From assembly GCF_009914755.1 (NCBI RefSeq), contig NC_060933.1: a stretch of DNA of 64,000 bases, one strand, 5' to 3'. Of the stretch, positions 46,175 to 61,234 are shown piece by piece. Source of the DNA: the human T2T-CHM13v2.0 reference genome, Homo sapiens. The first letter of the stretch is position 1. Each line of letters opens with the position of its first letter. The notes under the pieces are model-generated. The model did no database searches. It was not told the DNA's origin and was given only the letters and a program-made list of their open reading frames with translations. A program made the position numbers and the translations under genes.

Positions 46175-47744
46175 CCAGCCAGGGACCATAGAATTCTCTT
46201 GTCTTTCTGCTGAGGAGCAAGTGGATAGGACACAGAGGAACTGGTGTGCTTCTTAAAGGTATTAGGTCAGCAATTAGGAAACTCACTGGCTGACATTTTT
46301 AGTTTTGCCTGTACTTTGACAAATATTATATAGAAAACCTTCGCTAAGCTTCAGTCAGTATCTGTAATCTATATTCCACTGGAGCACCGCCAATTCTTTG
46401 TGGTGACATTTGTTCTTTACCAAACTTTGTCTCCTTAAATATTCTGAAGGACAAAATGAGGTTTAGAAATACCATACAGAAATTAGAGGACTAAACTTTA
46501 AAAATCTCCATTAGGTTTTCCTGTGTAGATATTTGTGACTGTTCTTCTGCTAAATTTGATTCAGTTTGTTTTATTTCTCTGTTTTTTTTTTCTTTTTCTT
46601 TTAAGTTTTGGAAAAGAAGCTAAGTGTCACATTGAAGCAATTTTCAGATTAATTAAAGTAGAGAACACAGTAAGGCTCATCTATATTTTGTGCTTTGTTT
46701 GCAAAGCTTCTTAAAAATAATGTCTTTCCCAGTTACTGCTACATAGGCCTATAGTGGATGCAGCATCTTTCTACAATAGCAGATTAAACAATATTGTACT
46801 TTTGAATGAAATTAGGGAACTGAGGACTTGAATTGGCAATGTAACAAAAGTCTACTATCTCTGAGGGAATGTGTGCTATTGATTCTAACTAAAAATAATA
46901 GTAGTACACTCAAGGAAACCAGGAGAATAGCTTAAAAAGCCACTGGGATGTGGCGGTAGTGGTGTAGATTATTCATGATTTAAAAAACAGAGTACAACAT
47001 TTTGAAAACATTTCTGATATTTTGTTAACTATTTTAGTAGAAGACTGTTTTTGACAAGACTCTCATACTCTGAACAAGTTATTTATTGTTTTATTAAAAT
47101 ATAATACACTTGTGTCTTGCTCCTGATGGGCCTTTTCCAAAAAACAAACAAGTTATACCTAGAGAGTTCTGCCTAGCACACATCTGGAAATTAACTTCTG
47201 TTATTTCTTTAATTGGTAAAATTAGATTAAGTCATACATGTCGAATGAGAATCAAATGAGACATAGAATCAAATGAGTTGAATATGTGAATAGTGATATT
47301 CCCCTCTACCTATTACTTCCAAATGAACGCAAGTAAGAATTTTAAGAAAAATAATGTTGGTCACATAAGGAGTGTTTGTTTTAGATCCAGGATATGTTTA
47401 CAGGATGCCAGATACTTATGGAAATTTAAATATCTATGAATATTTGAAAAGCATTAGCTCCATTAGGACATAGAGTCTGACTTTTCTCACTGTTATGTTT
47501 CCAGCACACAGCACTGTCTTGTAGTTAGCACTCAGTAAATATTTATGGCATGGATAGGTGAATGAATAAATGAGTGGAATATTTGAATCTTTCTTTGGTT
47601 TTAATCCTGATTTTTTGAGATTGTACAAACATAACAAGAGTATACTTTCAAACTGATTCATAGTTAATATGGGATACCTGGTGACCTAAGAAACAAACCT
47701 GACTTTCCTAACTACTGAAGTCTCATTTAGGAAAAAAAAAAAAT

Positions 47745-47852
47745 ACAGGATGCCTGGCACATACTTAAACTAAAAAATTCTTCGTTGTTGATCTGAACTT
47801 CAAATGTAAGTAGGCATCTGTGTTTTTTATTTGCTAATTCCTGGCAATTCTA
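47745..47852. mobile_element. MER53-like hAT MITE fragment
   Basis: atctgaacttcaaatgtaagtaggcatctgtgttttttatttgctaattcctggcaattcta. Confidence 0.6.
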
Positions 47853-47989
47853 TAAAAACAGAGTGATGTTGCTGGTGTCCGAAGTTAGTTTCTGTAGAAA
47901 ACTCTCTCGGGGCGCCTTTCTGTTCCCTTTGAATCACTCTGTCCACCCATCCTTCAGCTTTTCCAGGCTTTGCTAGTAACTTCTTCCGT

Positions 47990-48230
47990 CTTCAGTTTAG
48001 TCCAGATGATTGCCTTTGGGCTGGCTCTAGAGCCACCTTGTCCACAAGGGCAAGTTTTGCCCCCAGGATGAGGCTGAGTGTGGAGCTTGATCTGAAACTC
48101 CATTCTTGCTTGGCTGCTTCTTCTCTATTCTGCTTTTCCCACTCCCTAATTGGCTTCTCCTGGGAGCACTTACTTAGTGAATCAACTACAGGTGCAGGAC
48201 CTGCTTCTAGTATACCTGATCTAAGATGAT
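47990..48230 (+). mobile_element. ERVL LTR16/LTR33-like fragment
   Basis: tctgcttttcccactccctaattggcttctcctgggagcacttacttagtgaatca. Confidence 0.45.
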
Positions 48231-48758
48231 TTTTTAGGCTATTTACCTCTATGTAGAAAGAAGGTTTACCACCAAAAAAAAACAAGCAATGTAAATCTTT
48301 AAAAACGTTCTCACTTGAAAGAAGTCTTTCACTTTTCACTAAGCTTTAGATCATAAGCGAGTACTCTGTTTACCATGTGGTCCTAAAGAGTAGCAACAGA
48401 ACTTCCTTCACCGAATGGGCTGTGGTAAGAGCACAGTGGGCCACAGAAATTCTCTTTGTCATGGTAAAATCAGAACTACAGCCAAAATGGAAGTGGGTTA
48501 ACATGCTGAGGTTGCAGTATGGACTCTCCTGAGGATGAGAAATGCAATATGTCAGGTAAGTTCATTTATGTAAAGTTTTCTCTGGTGTGTTGTTTCTACA
48601 AATAGCAAATATCCACTTTAGTCTTACCTTTTTTTTTTTCCTGGAGAGATTTGTGGATTGTGGTTGGGTCAGTCATCTTGTTCTCAGATTGAACCTAGAT
48701 TGCCATCTAATTTACATGACCCAATGCATGTTGGCTGGGGATATTCTAATGAAGAGCC

Positions 48759-49575
<817 letters not shown>

Positions 49576-49791
49576 GTGGTGTTCCCCAGAGTAGCAGTAC
49601 TTGAATGGATTACTTTTATTCAGCAGATATTTAAAGAATACATTTATGTACCATATATAAAGAGAGCACATATATGTGGAAATCTAGACGCTTCAGATAA
49701 AAAGGATGAATAAGACAAAGTTCCTACCATTAAGATACTGGAAGAGTGAACCATTTATTATCACATTATTGCAGTGGAAAACCACTTTGTA

Positions 49792-49960
49792 GCAGAGGTT
49801 CTCAACCCTGGCTACACAGTAGAATAGCTAGGGTGCTTTCTAAATATATGGATATCTGATCCCACCGAACAACACTTAGTAAAAATCTTTGTGGATGGGG
49901 TCCGGACATCAATACTTTTGAAAGTTTTTCAGGTGATTATAATATGGAGCCAGTTGAAAA
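49792..49960. mobile_element. MER5-family MITE
   Basis: agcagaggttctcaaccctggctacacagtagaat...caggtgattataatatggagccagttgaaaa. Confidence 0.6.
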
Positions 49961-49999
49961 TTGTTTTCCAGTTTAAAATTTGCTCAGCATTTACTGTGA

Positions 50000-50746
<747 letters not shown>

Positions 50747-51049
50747 CTCCTTAATTTTTTAACTTGTAGGATGTATTTACTGCTTCCTTCTTTGAAAGGT
50801 ATTTGGCTAGGCTAAATGAGATAATTAGCCTGTATAAAGTTCCTAATACAGTGACTAGGGGATAATAGGACCTCAGTAAATGTTGGAGTGGCGAATAAGA
50901 CCTTCTCTGTTACTTAGAAGTTTTTTTTAAGCAGGTGGGTATGAAGATGATCATATCACTTAAGTCAAGTGAAGTAGTGATCCTACATAGCTTAAGGTAA
51001 TTCCAGGAATTAAGTGAATTTTAGCACTTATAACAGCAAATAACAGGGA

Positions 51050-51275
51050 TACAGAGCTATGTCTGGGAGAGAATTTGAGCTTTGGATTTAGGCAAATCTG
51101 GGTCCAAAACTTGGCACTACTACTTATTAGCTGTTGTCATTGGGGAAGTCACTTAACCAGTCAGATTCTTATTTATAAAGTGGAAATAATACCTACTTTA
51201 CTAAAGAATTGCATCTGGAAAGATATAAAATAAAATCTGTAAAGAGTATAACACAGTGCTTAGTATAGGCATTTA
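51050..51275 (+). mobile_element. MIR
   Basis: ctgggtccaaaacttggcactactacttattagctgttgtcattggggaagtcacttaacc. Confidence 0.7.
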
Positions 51276-51696
51276 GTTCCCCAGTGAACCCCATGTTGTG
51301 TTTGGAATCATAGTCACATTAATTCCACTTTCTTACTAATTGCAAGCTCCCACCCATGGAGAAAATTCAGCAAGTTGCAGAGTTCTTTTACCAAAGTATT
51401 TCTAAGAACCCCCAGAAAAGTATCTTAGTTGTGCCTGCCGGTAGTCTTATTGCTGTTATGGCCAGGCAAGCAAGGGCTCCCAGACAGTGGTCTTGATTTA
51501 CCAGTAGATATCTGTTCCCGATTGTGCCGAACCTTCGGGATTAAACTCTGCTGACACTGCCTGAGTAGCAAAGCTGTACTCTTGCATAATAACAGTTACT
51601 AAGTATTTACTGTGTTTCAGGCACTGTTGCGTTTTATGTAAAATTTAAAAATCTGATCTGCAGAACAAACAATGTTATTGTCTCCAGTTAACTGAT

Positions 51697-51815
51697 GTGC
51701 TTGAGCCCAGCAGTTTGAAGTGACAGTGAGCCATGATCATGCCACTGCACTTCAGTTCGGGTGACAGAGTGAGACCCTGTTTCAAAAAATAAATAAAATA
51801 ATAAAAAATAATAAT
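51697..51815 (+). mobile_element. AluJ/FRAM 3' fragment
   Basis: gcttgagcccagcagtttgaagtgacagtgagccatgatcatgccactgcac plus A-rich tail. Confidence 0.85.
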
Positions 51816-51844
51816 TTTTAGAAGTCCTGCTTGGTATTACCTGT

Positions 51845-53062
51845 GATTTTTGGATCTGTGGTTTGGTGTCTGTCTTTACTTTGGAAAATTCTCCACTGTG
51901 ATTTCTTCAAATATTTCTTTTGCTTTGTTCTCTCTCTCTTCTCCTTTTGATATTCCAATTATACTTACGTTAGACTTTTATATATTGTCCTACAGTATTG
52001 AATTATCTGATTTTTTCCCACCTTTTATTTTTTTCTATATTTCAGTTGAGTAATTTCAATTGACTCAGCTTCCAACAAATTAATTTTTCCCCTTGTGTTA
52101 AGTCTACTGATGAAACTGGCATTCTTCATCTCTATTATCCTTCATTTCTATTAGATTTGTTCTGATAGTTTCTGCTTCTCTGTTGAAATTGCCTACCTGA
52201 TTTTGCATGTTATCTGCCTTTTCTATTAGAGCCTTTAACATATGAATTATAGTTATTTTAAATTCCTTATCTGATAGTTCTAATTTCTCTTCATATCTGT
52301 GTCTGATTCTGTTAATTTGTCTCTGACATGGTGCTTTTTTTATTCTTACTTTTCTGTAATCCTTATAATTTTTTTGGTTGAAAATCAGACATCTTGTGTA
52401 GGATAGTAGAAACTGAGGTAAATAGTTTTTGTGCTTGAAAATGAGTACACGTACACATTTTCTTCCCCTTTAGAGTAGGGATTTGTTGTTGCTGTAATTA
52501 CTCTCAGTGTACTACAGACTACAGATTTCTCTGGGATTACTTTATATTTAGGGTGGGAGTTCATTTTCTGGAGGTTTTTCTCAATATTTGCTCAATTCGT
52601 AGCTTTAGGTGTCCCCTTTGTTCTGTGTCAGAGAGGTCCCCTCTTCATATTCCTGCCTCTCTTCCAGCCGGGTATCAGGGTTAATTGCTATTTAATGCTT
52701 GTTGGCCTGATTGAGGGGTGGGGTGGGTGAAAGTGGCATTATCTGCTGCAGTTAAGCCTCAGTCTTAGGCAGCTGCTGTGTCCATGGGTACAAGGGTTGG
52801 TCTTCTTAGAGCTGCTGCCCCATTCCCAGCTGTAGACCTGGGCCCAGCATATATATTCCTGTCCCTTCTGCATAGGTGAAGGCTATGTGTGTGTGTGTTC
52901 ACTCATTAAAATAGGTTTATACCAGGGCCCTAAGGGTGACAGTGTTTATTGCACTTTCTCTAGCAATTTAAAACTTTGGTTCTGACGGGAAAATAATCTG
53001 GGTGACTGCTGTTCCCTTTTGCAAGTGTGCACCAAGAGGAACTGTTTCTCTAGACTTTCTCC

Positions 53063-53093
<31 letters not shown>

Positions 53094-53460
53094 CTGTGAG
53101 AGAGAGAGAGGTCTGTGGGAAAGAGCCTATAAGTGTGTGCAAAATACCCTTGTATCTTTAACTTCCCAGGGAGTGTACATTCTTTCATGAGCCCACGCTT
53201 GGCCTTTATTAGTTTGGTAAAATTTTTGTTGAATTCTTCCCAGTGTCTGGCTGTGTGTCTCTTAGGTAAGCAAGTGCTGGTGTCCTGAATCTTCTTGAAA
53301 GCACCTGTCTTTCTGTACATTTTCAGTTTGTTGGTTGCCCTGAAGTTTTAGCCTTCTGATAAGTTCAAGAAAAATAATGAATTTTCACATTATCCGATGT
53401 TTTTTGGTTTTATTTTAGTAAGGGCAGGAGCATGTTCTTTTCGGTTTCCTACATCCCTGT
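51845..53460 (-). mobile_element. Old L1M 5'/ORF1 region, same family as ~27350-29335
   Basis: Shared motifs attagagcctttaacatat, actgaggta, cagagaggtc, ctcagtcttaggcag, ttcaagaaaa. Confidence 0.7.
53067..53110. repeat. (TG)n(AG)n compound microsatellite
   Basis: Visible dinucleotide runs. Confidence 0.9.
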
Positions 53461-53909
53461 CAAGTCCCACCTGTTTCTAAAGGAAGTTTTACCTTGTTGA
53501 TGAGGCAGAACCAGGATACAAATTAGACAGTGATTTTAGGCTCCATATTCTTAGCCACTTGGCAACTGAGTTGCTTCATATGTCATTATGTCATTGTTAG
53601 TGTGTCATTTGATGTGATCTAAAATGTGGCACAGAGTCTGCTCACATAAGCTTCCTGGACTAAGATTTTGTTTAGGGATCCTACAACTCATATACCTTTA
53701 ATTTAATAATCTCTGCAATATCATTCCCAAGTAAGAAAGCAGCAAAAAACTCAGAATTTCAGTTTTGTGCTTTTAACACTACTTAACAGTTAACAAACTC
53801 CACTGTTCTAAAAACCTGCTTCTGTTTAGTTCCCTTTTTTGACATATCCTCATCTGCCTCAGCCATTTTTCTTTTCCCCAGTGCCTGCATATCTTTTGGG
53901 TCAAATAAT

Positions 53910-54130
53910 TACAATGATAGCAAACATGTAAACAGCACTTAGTATATGCTAAGCATATGCAAATTTACTCCTCACCACAATCCTATGACAGACACTATTA
54001 ATATCATCCCTGTTTCTAGATGAGGAAAACTGAGGCATGGAGAGGTTAAGGTTCACACTGCTTATGGTAGAACAGGGATCTGAATCAATATTTTCTGGTT
54101 CAACACATCAGGTTTTTAACCTAACTACTA
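53910..54130 (-). mobile_element. MIR
   Basis: cctcaccacaatcctatga...tagatgaggaaaactgaggcatggagaggttaag. Confidence 0.75.
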
Positions 54131-55444
54131 ATTATCTAAGGTTGCTAATTACTTGCATAACATTTCTCTATTTTTTTTTTAGCGACTAGTTGTTCTGAGC
54201 ACATCCCTCATAAAGAAAACTACTGGCTGTGTTTTCCAATCTGGGATGATCCTGGCCTCTTAGTCAGCGTTCCCCACTTTTGCTCTGACCACTTAGCTTT
54301 TATGCATCGTTCCCATACTCCATGCCCTAAGGCTAGTCTCTGACTCTCTCTGCTTTCTGGCTTTCCCTGCCCCAGATGTTTTATACTGTTTTCTTTTGTT
54401 TGTTGAAAGAAACAAATTCCCAATATCTCTAACATATAATCTTTAACAAAAAACCTTAAATCCTCAAACTAAACAGAACTTAAGTGACCATATGGTGGGT
54501 TTGTCCAAGGTAGGGAAGGTGGTTTTTTTTTTTTTTCATATGTATAAAAAGGAAAAACATAATTACATAATTATAATCATTAGTTCATATATCTTTGTTA
54601 GAAAACTTGAATGCCATGATTGAGGGGGAAATTACTAAACCACTCCACGTATTCACTTACCTCAATATCTTTTTCACCCCAACAATAGAACAATGATCTC
54701 AGTTCTGTTACCTGTGAAGTCATTCTGTTTTGGTACTTCCCATTATTCATTCCTGTCCTTCCACCACCTCCATTTTTGATATATCACTCACTTTGGTTGC
54801 ATCTGCCTTTAGGGGCTATTTCTAATGACAATGCTTAAGTGTAATATTTACCAAGTTAATAATAATGTGTAATAATGAGGAAAAGTGGCACAAGTAAGCT
54901 GCATTCATACATTACCTTTTAAAATTAACAAATGCTAAGACAATTGAGGTGCTAAGCATGCTCAGTTTACATTCACTGAGTGTGTGCACTTGGTGACATT
55001 ACCTTCTAATACATATTAAGGCTAGATTAGTTACTGTGGTGTGTCATTTATCTAAACATAATTTGTGACCTTAAGCTTCCTGTTTGTTCTCGTCTAAACT
55101 CACCTTAGGAGCCAAATTTAATATGATTTTTTCCTAGTACTAGTGCTTATAGAAACCCATATTCTCTGACATTTAGAAAACAGTGTTGCCCACAAAAGCC
55201 ATTAAAATCTAAAGAGATTAAATTAAAATTCATTTAAAGGCTTCATATGTCCCCTGGACATTCTTATTTTAAGATTTCAGTGTAAGATGAAGTTTTGCAG
55301 AATTCCTGATTTTAAAAAATCTTATAGGAGTTATACTTGTCTAAACTCAGTTTTTCTCACCCTCTTTTTCTTCTTCCTGATAGATGCTGAGATAACATCT
55401 TAAATAGAATATTTGGCTAATTTTATAGATGGAAATTCTGATAT

Positions 55445-58400
55445 AGAAATATCTGTTCAGGTCTTTTGTACAGTTTTTAATGGATTTTTTTTTTAAATTT
55501 TGCCATTGTAATTTTTGAGTTCCTTATATATTCTGGTTATTAATCCTTGTTGAATAGAGAGTTTGCAAATATATTTTCTCACTCTGAAGATTGTCTCTTT
55601 ATGTTGATGGTTATTTCCTTTGCTGTGCAGAAGCTTATTAATATAATGTGATCTCATTTATCTATTTTTGCTTTTCCTTCCTATATCTTTAAGTCTGTTT
55701 TATCTGATTTGAGTATAGCTATTTCTACTCTCTTTTGGCTTCTATTTGCATGGAATATCTTTTTCATTCCTTCCCTTTCGGTCTGTGTCCTTAAAGGTGA
55801 AGTGAGCGTCTTGTAGACAGCATATAGCTGAGTCTTGTTTTTTAATCAATTTGGACATTCTATCTTTGGATTAGAAAATTTAATCTATTTACATTCAAGG
55901 TAATTATTGATAAATAAAAACTTACTCCTGCCATTTTGTTAATTGTTTTCTGGTTGTTTTATAGATGCTTTCTTTCTCTCTTCCTCTCTTGTTGTCTTTT
56001 AGTGATTAAGAAGTGATTTTCTCTGGTGATATACTTCAATTTTTTTTACATTTGTCTTTTGTGTCTCTAGTACAGGTTTTTGCTTTGTGGTTAACATGAG
56101 GCCTACATAAAACACCTTATAGTCATAATGGCCTATTTTGAACTGATAGCAACCTTTGATCATATTAAAAAATGTTACACTTTTACTCCACCTTCTCTTT
56201 CCTTCCTGCATTTAAATTTTTTGATGTCACAGTTTACATCTTTTAATACTGTGTATCTTTTAAAAATTATTGTGGCTATTATATTAATAATTTTTTCTTA
56301 CCTTCACCCTAAAGGTATAAGTGATTTACATACAACTATTGCAGTATTACAGAGTACTCTGAATTGATTGAATCTGATTTGCTTTTACCAGTGAGGTTTT
56401 ATATTTCATATGTTTTCATGTTGCTAAGTAACATCCTTTTCTTTCAGCTTGAAGAACTGTCTTTAATGTTTCTTTCCATACAGGTCTAGTGATGATGAGT
56501 TCCCTCAGCTTTTGTTTGGGAAACAACAGCTTTATTTTTGAAGAACAGCTTTGCTGGGTAAAATATTCTTGGCATCTTTTCCTTTAGCACTTCAAATATG
56601 TCATCCCACTCATTTTTGGTTTGCAACATTTCTGCTGAGAAATCCACTGCTAGTCTTACTATTCCCTTGTGGGTGATAAGCTTCTTTTCTCTTGATAATT
56701 TTCGGATCCTCTCTTTGTCTTTGATTTTTGACAGTTTTCTTATAATATGTCTTGATATGGTCTTATTTAGAATGAATTTGATTGGAAACCACTGACCTTC
56801 CTGTACCTGGATGTTTACATTTTCCCTCCAGATTTGGAAAGGACATTCCTCTTGGCACTGAGTCTAACTTGTGAGCATTGATGACTGATGAGTAGTGCTT
56901 GTAGGTTAGTCAGAGTTGAGTCTTGAAACACAGGCACACATGGAGGGACTATGGCTCAGGGGTACAGGAAAGTAATGGCATTATTTATTAAAGTAAACTT
57001 TCTGTCCCTTTGTCTCTCTCTTCTTCTTGAACTGCTATAACTCAAATATTTCTCTTTCGATGCTATCTCATAAATCCCATAAACTTTCTTCAGTTCTTTT
57101 TATTCTCTTTCCCTTTTTCTCCTGTGACTATATATTTTCACATAACCTACATTTCAGTTTACAGTGTTTTCTTTCTGCTTGATATGTTTGGGGGTTGACA
57201 CTGTCAGTTGCATTTCTCATTTCATTTATTGTACTTCTCAGTTTCAGAATTTTTTTTTAAATTCAATCTCTGTTAAATTTCTCAATTTGTTCCATGTATT
57301 ATTTTCCTGATTTTATTGAATTGTTTCTCTATATTTTCTTAATGTTCACTGAACTTCCTTAAAACAGATATTTTAGTTTTTTTTACACAGTTCTTACATC
57401 TCCATTTTTTGGGGGGTTAACTAGTGGGAAATTATTATGTTCCTTTGGTGGTAATATGTCTCTTTGATTTTTCATGTTTCTTGTTGTTTTACATTGATGC
57501 CTGCATATTTTTTGGAGCAGATACCTTTTATAGGCTTAAAGGCTAGTTTCAGTATAGAAAGAACTTCCCCTAGAAGGGGATGTGAGAGAACTGGCTGAGT
57601 AGGGTGCAGAAATTCTAGCACCAGTGAGGACACAGCTGTGTAGTCTCTATGCAGGTCTGTCAGCTGAGGTCAGTGTTGAGAAAGATTACAGGAATCCTCA
57701 GTGGCCAACACTGTGGATGTCTGCAGTGGTGATGGGGTTTTGGGGGTCTTTGGTAGCAATTGCTAGTAAGGTCTTCCTGATCTCTTTTCCTTCCACTTTG
57801 GAAGCTGTGCCTGAGGACATTTCTCTTGGCACTGGGTCTAATTTGTGAGCATTGATGACTGGTGAGTGGTGCTTGTAGGTTAGTCAGAGTTGACTCTTGA
57901 AACACAGGCACACATGGAGGGACTATGGCTCGGGGGTACAGGGAGGTAATGGCATTTGTGCTTGGTATGCAGGATACCCTCCTGACATGTTGGTAACAAT
58001 ATATGATATACAAGTGCTTGTGAAGCATCTAGGGAACTGAGAACAGGAGTATAGGTGTGCACAGAGTAATAGTGGCTCTGGGAATGGGGCAGGGACCTAG
58101 CTTTTTATGGTGGCTAATTTGGTGCCCAGAGCATGGACATGCTCAGAGGGACCTTGGCTCCAGGCCCTGGAGTGTGAACTAGTTTGCTGTGGTGATGCTT
58201 GTGATGTCTGAGACATGGATGACTTTAGTGTAGCCACAGAGCTTAGGTCTAGAGTATGGGTATTCATGGGGCAGCCACTTATTGGTGTAGGGGCACAAGC
58301 TGGGCTGGGAGAGGTGATGCCTCTATTCCTGAAGTGTCACGATTGTGGCTGCATCTTGGGGGTGGAAGGGGTTGCAGCCACTTCTCCCTCCTTTCAAGCT

Positions 58401-58760
58401 TCCTGGTAGGAATGACTACTGGTTACTTCAGTGACAAAATATGCAGATATCTTCTATTCTGTGGAGCAGGTCACTGGGGACCATGGTGGTTCCTGTTGCA
58501 TGGCTGATAACCACACCTTTCACTGTTTTTTGTTCCTAGCCATCTCCTGGCCTCTCAGGTATCCTGATCTCACCAGCAATACTTTCTGTATGAATATTCT
58601 GTGAATTTTTTGTTCCCTGTGTTGCTGCAGATTCTTTAATTGGCCCCTGAGCCCTCTCAGGTCTATTTTTGTTTGCAGATAGCTGTCTATATTTGTTTTC
58701 TTGTGGGAGGATGAAGGCTGGTTTCTCCTACTTTGTCATTTTGGTGATGCCACTCCAGTT
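55445..58760 (-). mobile_element. Old L1M composite (ORF2 fragment, ORF1, 5' UTR)
   Basis: tttcctttgctgtgcagaagctt; gtcttgtagacagcatatagctg; tttctgctgagaaatccactgctagtc; contains the 142-bp ectopic copy. Confidence 0.75.
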
Positions 58761-59205
58761 GTATTTTATATCCTGCATACCAATCTGAAAATAAAATGGA
58801 GAAAACAATTCAATTTACAATAACATAAGAATGAATAAAATGTTTAGGAATAAATTTAACAAAAAATGTGTAAGACTTGTACATCAAAAAACTATAAAAC
58901 ATCATTGAAAGAAATTGAAGAAGACCTAAACAAATGAAAAGATCCATGTTTATGGATCAGAAAACTTAATACTCTTAAGATAGAAACAGTCCCTACATTC
59001 ATCTGTAGATTCAATGCAATCCTGGTCAAAATTCCTAGCTGCTTTTTTTTTTTCCCCCAGAAGTTGCCAAGCAGACCTTACAATTTATATAACAATGTAA
59101 GAAACCTGATATAGTTAATACAATCTTGAAAAAGAACAAAATTGGAGGCCTCACACTTGTAGATTTTAAAACTCACCACAAAGCTGCAGTAATTAAGAGT
59201 ATGTA

Positions 59206-59606
<401 letters not shown>

Positions 59607-60219
59607 TCATTGATTTTTGATAAGGATTCTAAGACACTTCAATGGAAAAAGAATTTCTTTTCCAGAAATGATGCTGTAAAAGAATGAAACTTAGCTCTTA
59701 CCTTATACCATATATAAAAATTAGCTCTAAATGTGTCAAAAACATAAATGCAAAAGTGAAAAATTTAAAGAAAAACATAGAAATAAATGTTGGTGACCTT
59801 TGGTTAGGTAGTGGTTTCCTAGATATGACACCAAAAGCACAAGCAACAAGAAAAAAAATAGCCCAACTGGAAGCCCTCAAAATAAAAACAAAATCTTGCT
59901 TTAAATATCACCATCAAGTCAAAAGATAGCCATGGAATGGCAAAAAATATTTGTAAAGTATGTATCTGGTAAGGGACTTGTATCCAAAATATATGAAAAA
60001 CTCTTATAATGCAACAATAAAAAGGTACATACTCCAGTGAAAAATGGCTATTTCTTCAGTGAAGATTTACAAATGGCCAATAATCATATGAAAAGATGCT
60101 TAGCATCATAATTCCTCAGGAAAATGCACATTTGAGAGTGATCACCACATGGTGATACCGTTTTACCTCCACTAAGATGGCTATAAATAATAACAAATAA
60201 TAACATAATAAGAAATGTT

Positions 60220-60420
60220 GGCCAGGTATGGTGGCTCATGCCTGCAATCCCAGCACTTTGGGAGGCCGAGGCTGGCAGATCACTTGAAGTCAGGAGTTCA
60301 AGACCAGCTGGGCCAACATGGCGAAACCCCATCTCTACTAAAAATATAAAAATTAGCTGGACGTGATGGTGTACCCCTGTAATCCAGCTACTCAAGAGGC
60401 AGAGGCAGAGTGAGAAAAAG
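60220..60420 (+). mobile_element. AluS with an internal deletion of most of the right arm
   Basis: Left arm intact; jumps gaggcag to agtgaga; TSD aag(a/g)aatgttg retained. Confidence 0.9.
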
Positions 60421-60820
60421 AAGGAATGTTGACCAGGATGTGGAGAAATTGAAGTTCTTATATGTTGCTGGTGGAAATATAAAATAGTGTACTTGGCTTT
60501 GGAAAACAGTCTAACAATTCATAAAAGTATTAAACATGAAGTCATTATGTCATTCAGCAATTCTACTTTAAGGTATATATCCAAGTTAGTTGAAAGTATA
60601 TGTTTATACAAATGTGTACACAAATGTTCATAGCAGCATTATTCATAATTGCCAAAAAGTAGAAATAACCCAATTGTCTGTCAACTGATGAACTGTGGTA
60701 TATCCATACTAAGGAATATTATTTAGCCATGAAAAGAAATGAAGTACTAATAACTTCTACAACATGAAGGAATTTTGAGAACATCATGCTGAATGAAAGA
60801 AGCCAGTTACAGAGGACCAC

Positions 60821-61234
60821 TGATATAGTTTGGATCTGTGTCCCCACCCAAGCCTCCTGTCTAATAGTAATCCCCAATGTTGGAGGCAGGGCCTGGTCGG
60901 ATTATCCTGACTGGATTATGGGGATTATGGGGGTGGATATTTCTCTTGGTACTGTGTCACAACAGGAAGTGGGTTCTTATGAGATTTCATTGCTTAAAAG
61001 TGTGTAGCACCTCCCACCTCTCTCTATTCCTCCTGCTCCAGCCATGTGAAGTACTGGCTCCCTTTTTGTCTTCTGCCATCATTATAAGTTTCCTGAGGTC
61101 TCCCCAGAAGCCCAGCTGATGCTGACATGCTTACTGTACAGTCTTCAGAACTATGAGCCAATTAAACCTCTTTTCTTTATAAATTAACCAGTCTCAGGTA
61201 TCTCTTTATAGCAATGAGAGAACAGACTAATATA
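60821..61234 (+). mobile_element. MSTA-like solo LTR
   Basis: tgatatagtttggatctgtgtccccacc...gagaacagactaatata; perfect TSD accac/accac. Confidence 0.9.

Noticed and set aside
47122-47138. cctgatgggccttttcc (also gcccatgaag at ~7853 and atgggcctttt at ~19726) as further copies of the 24-bp motif
   Set aside because: Only ~10-nt or gapped matches, expected by chance in 64 kb; no regular spacing, so not a dispersed motif family or array.
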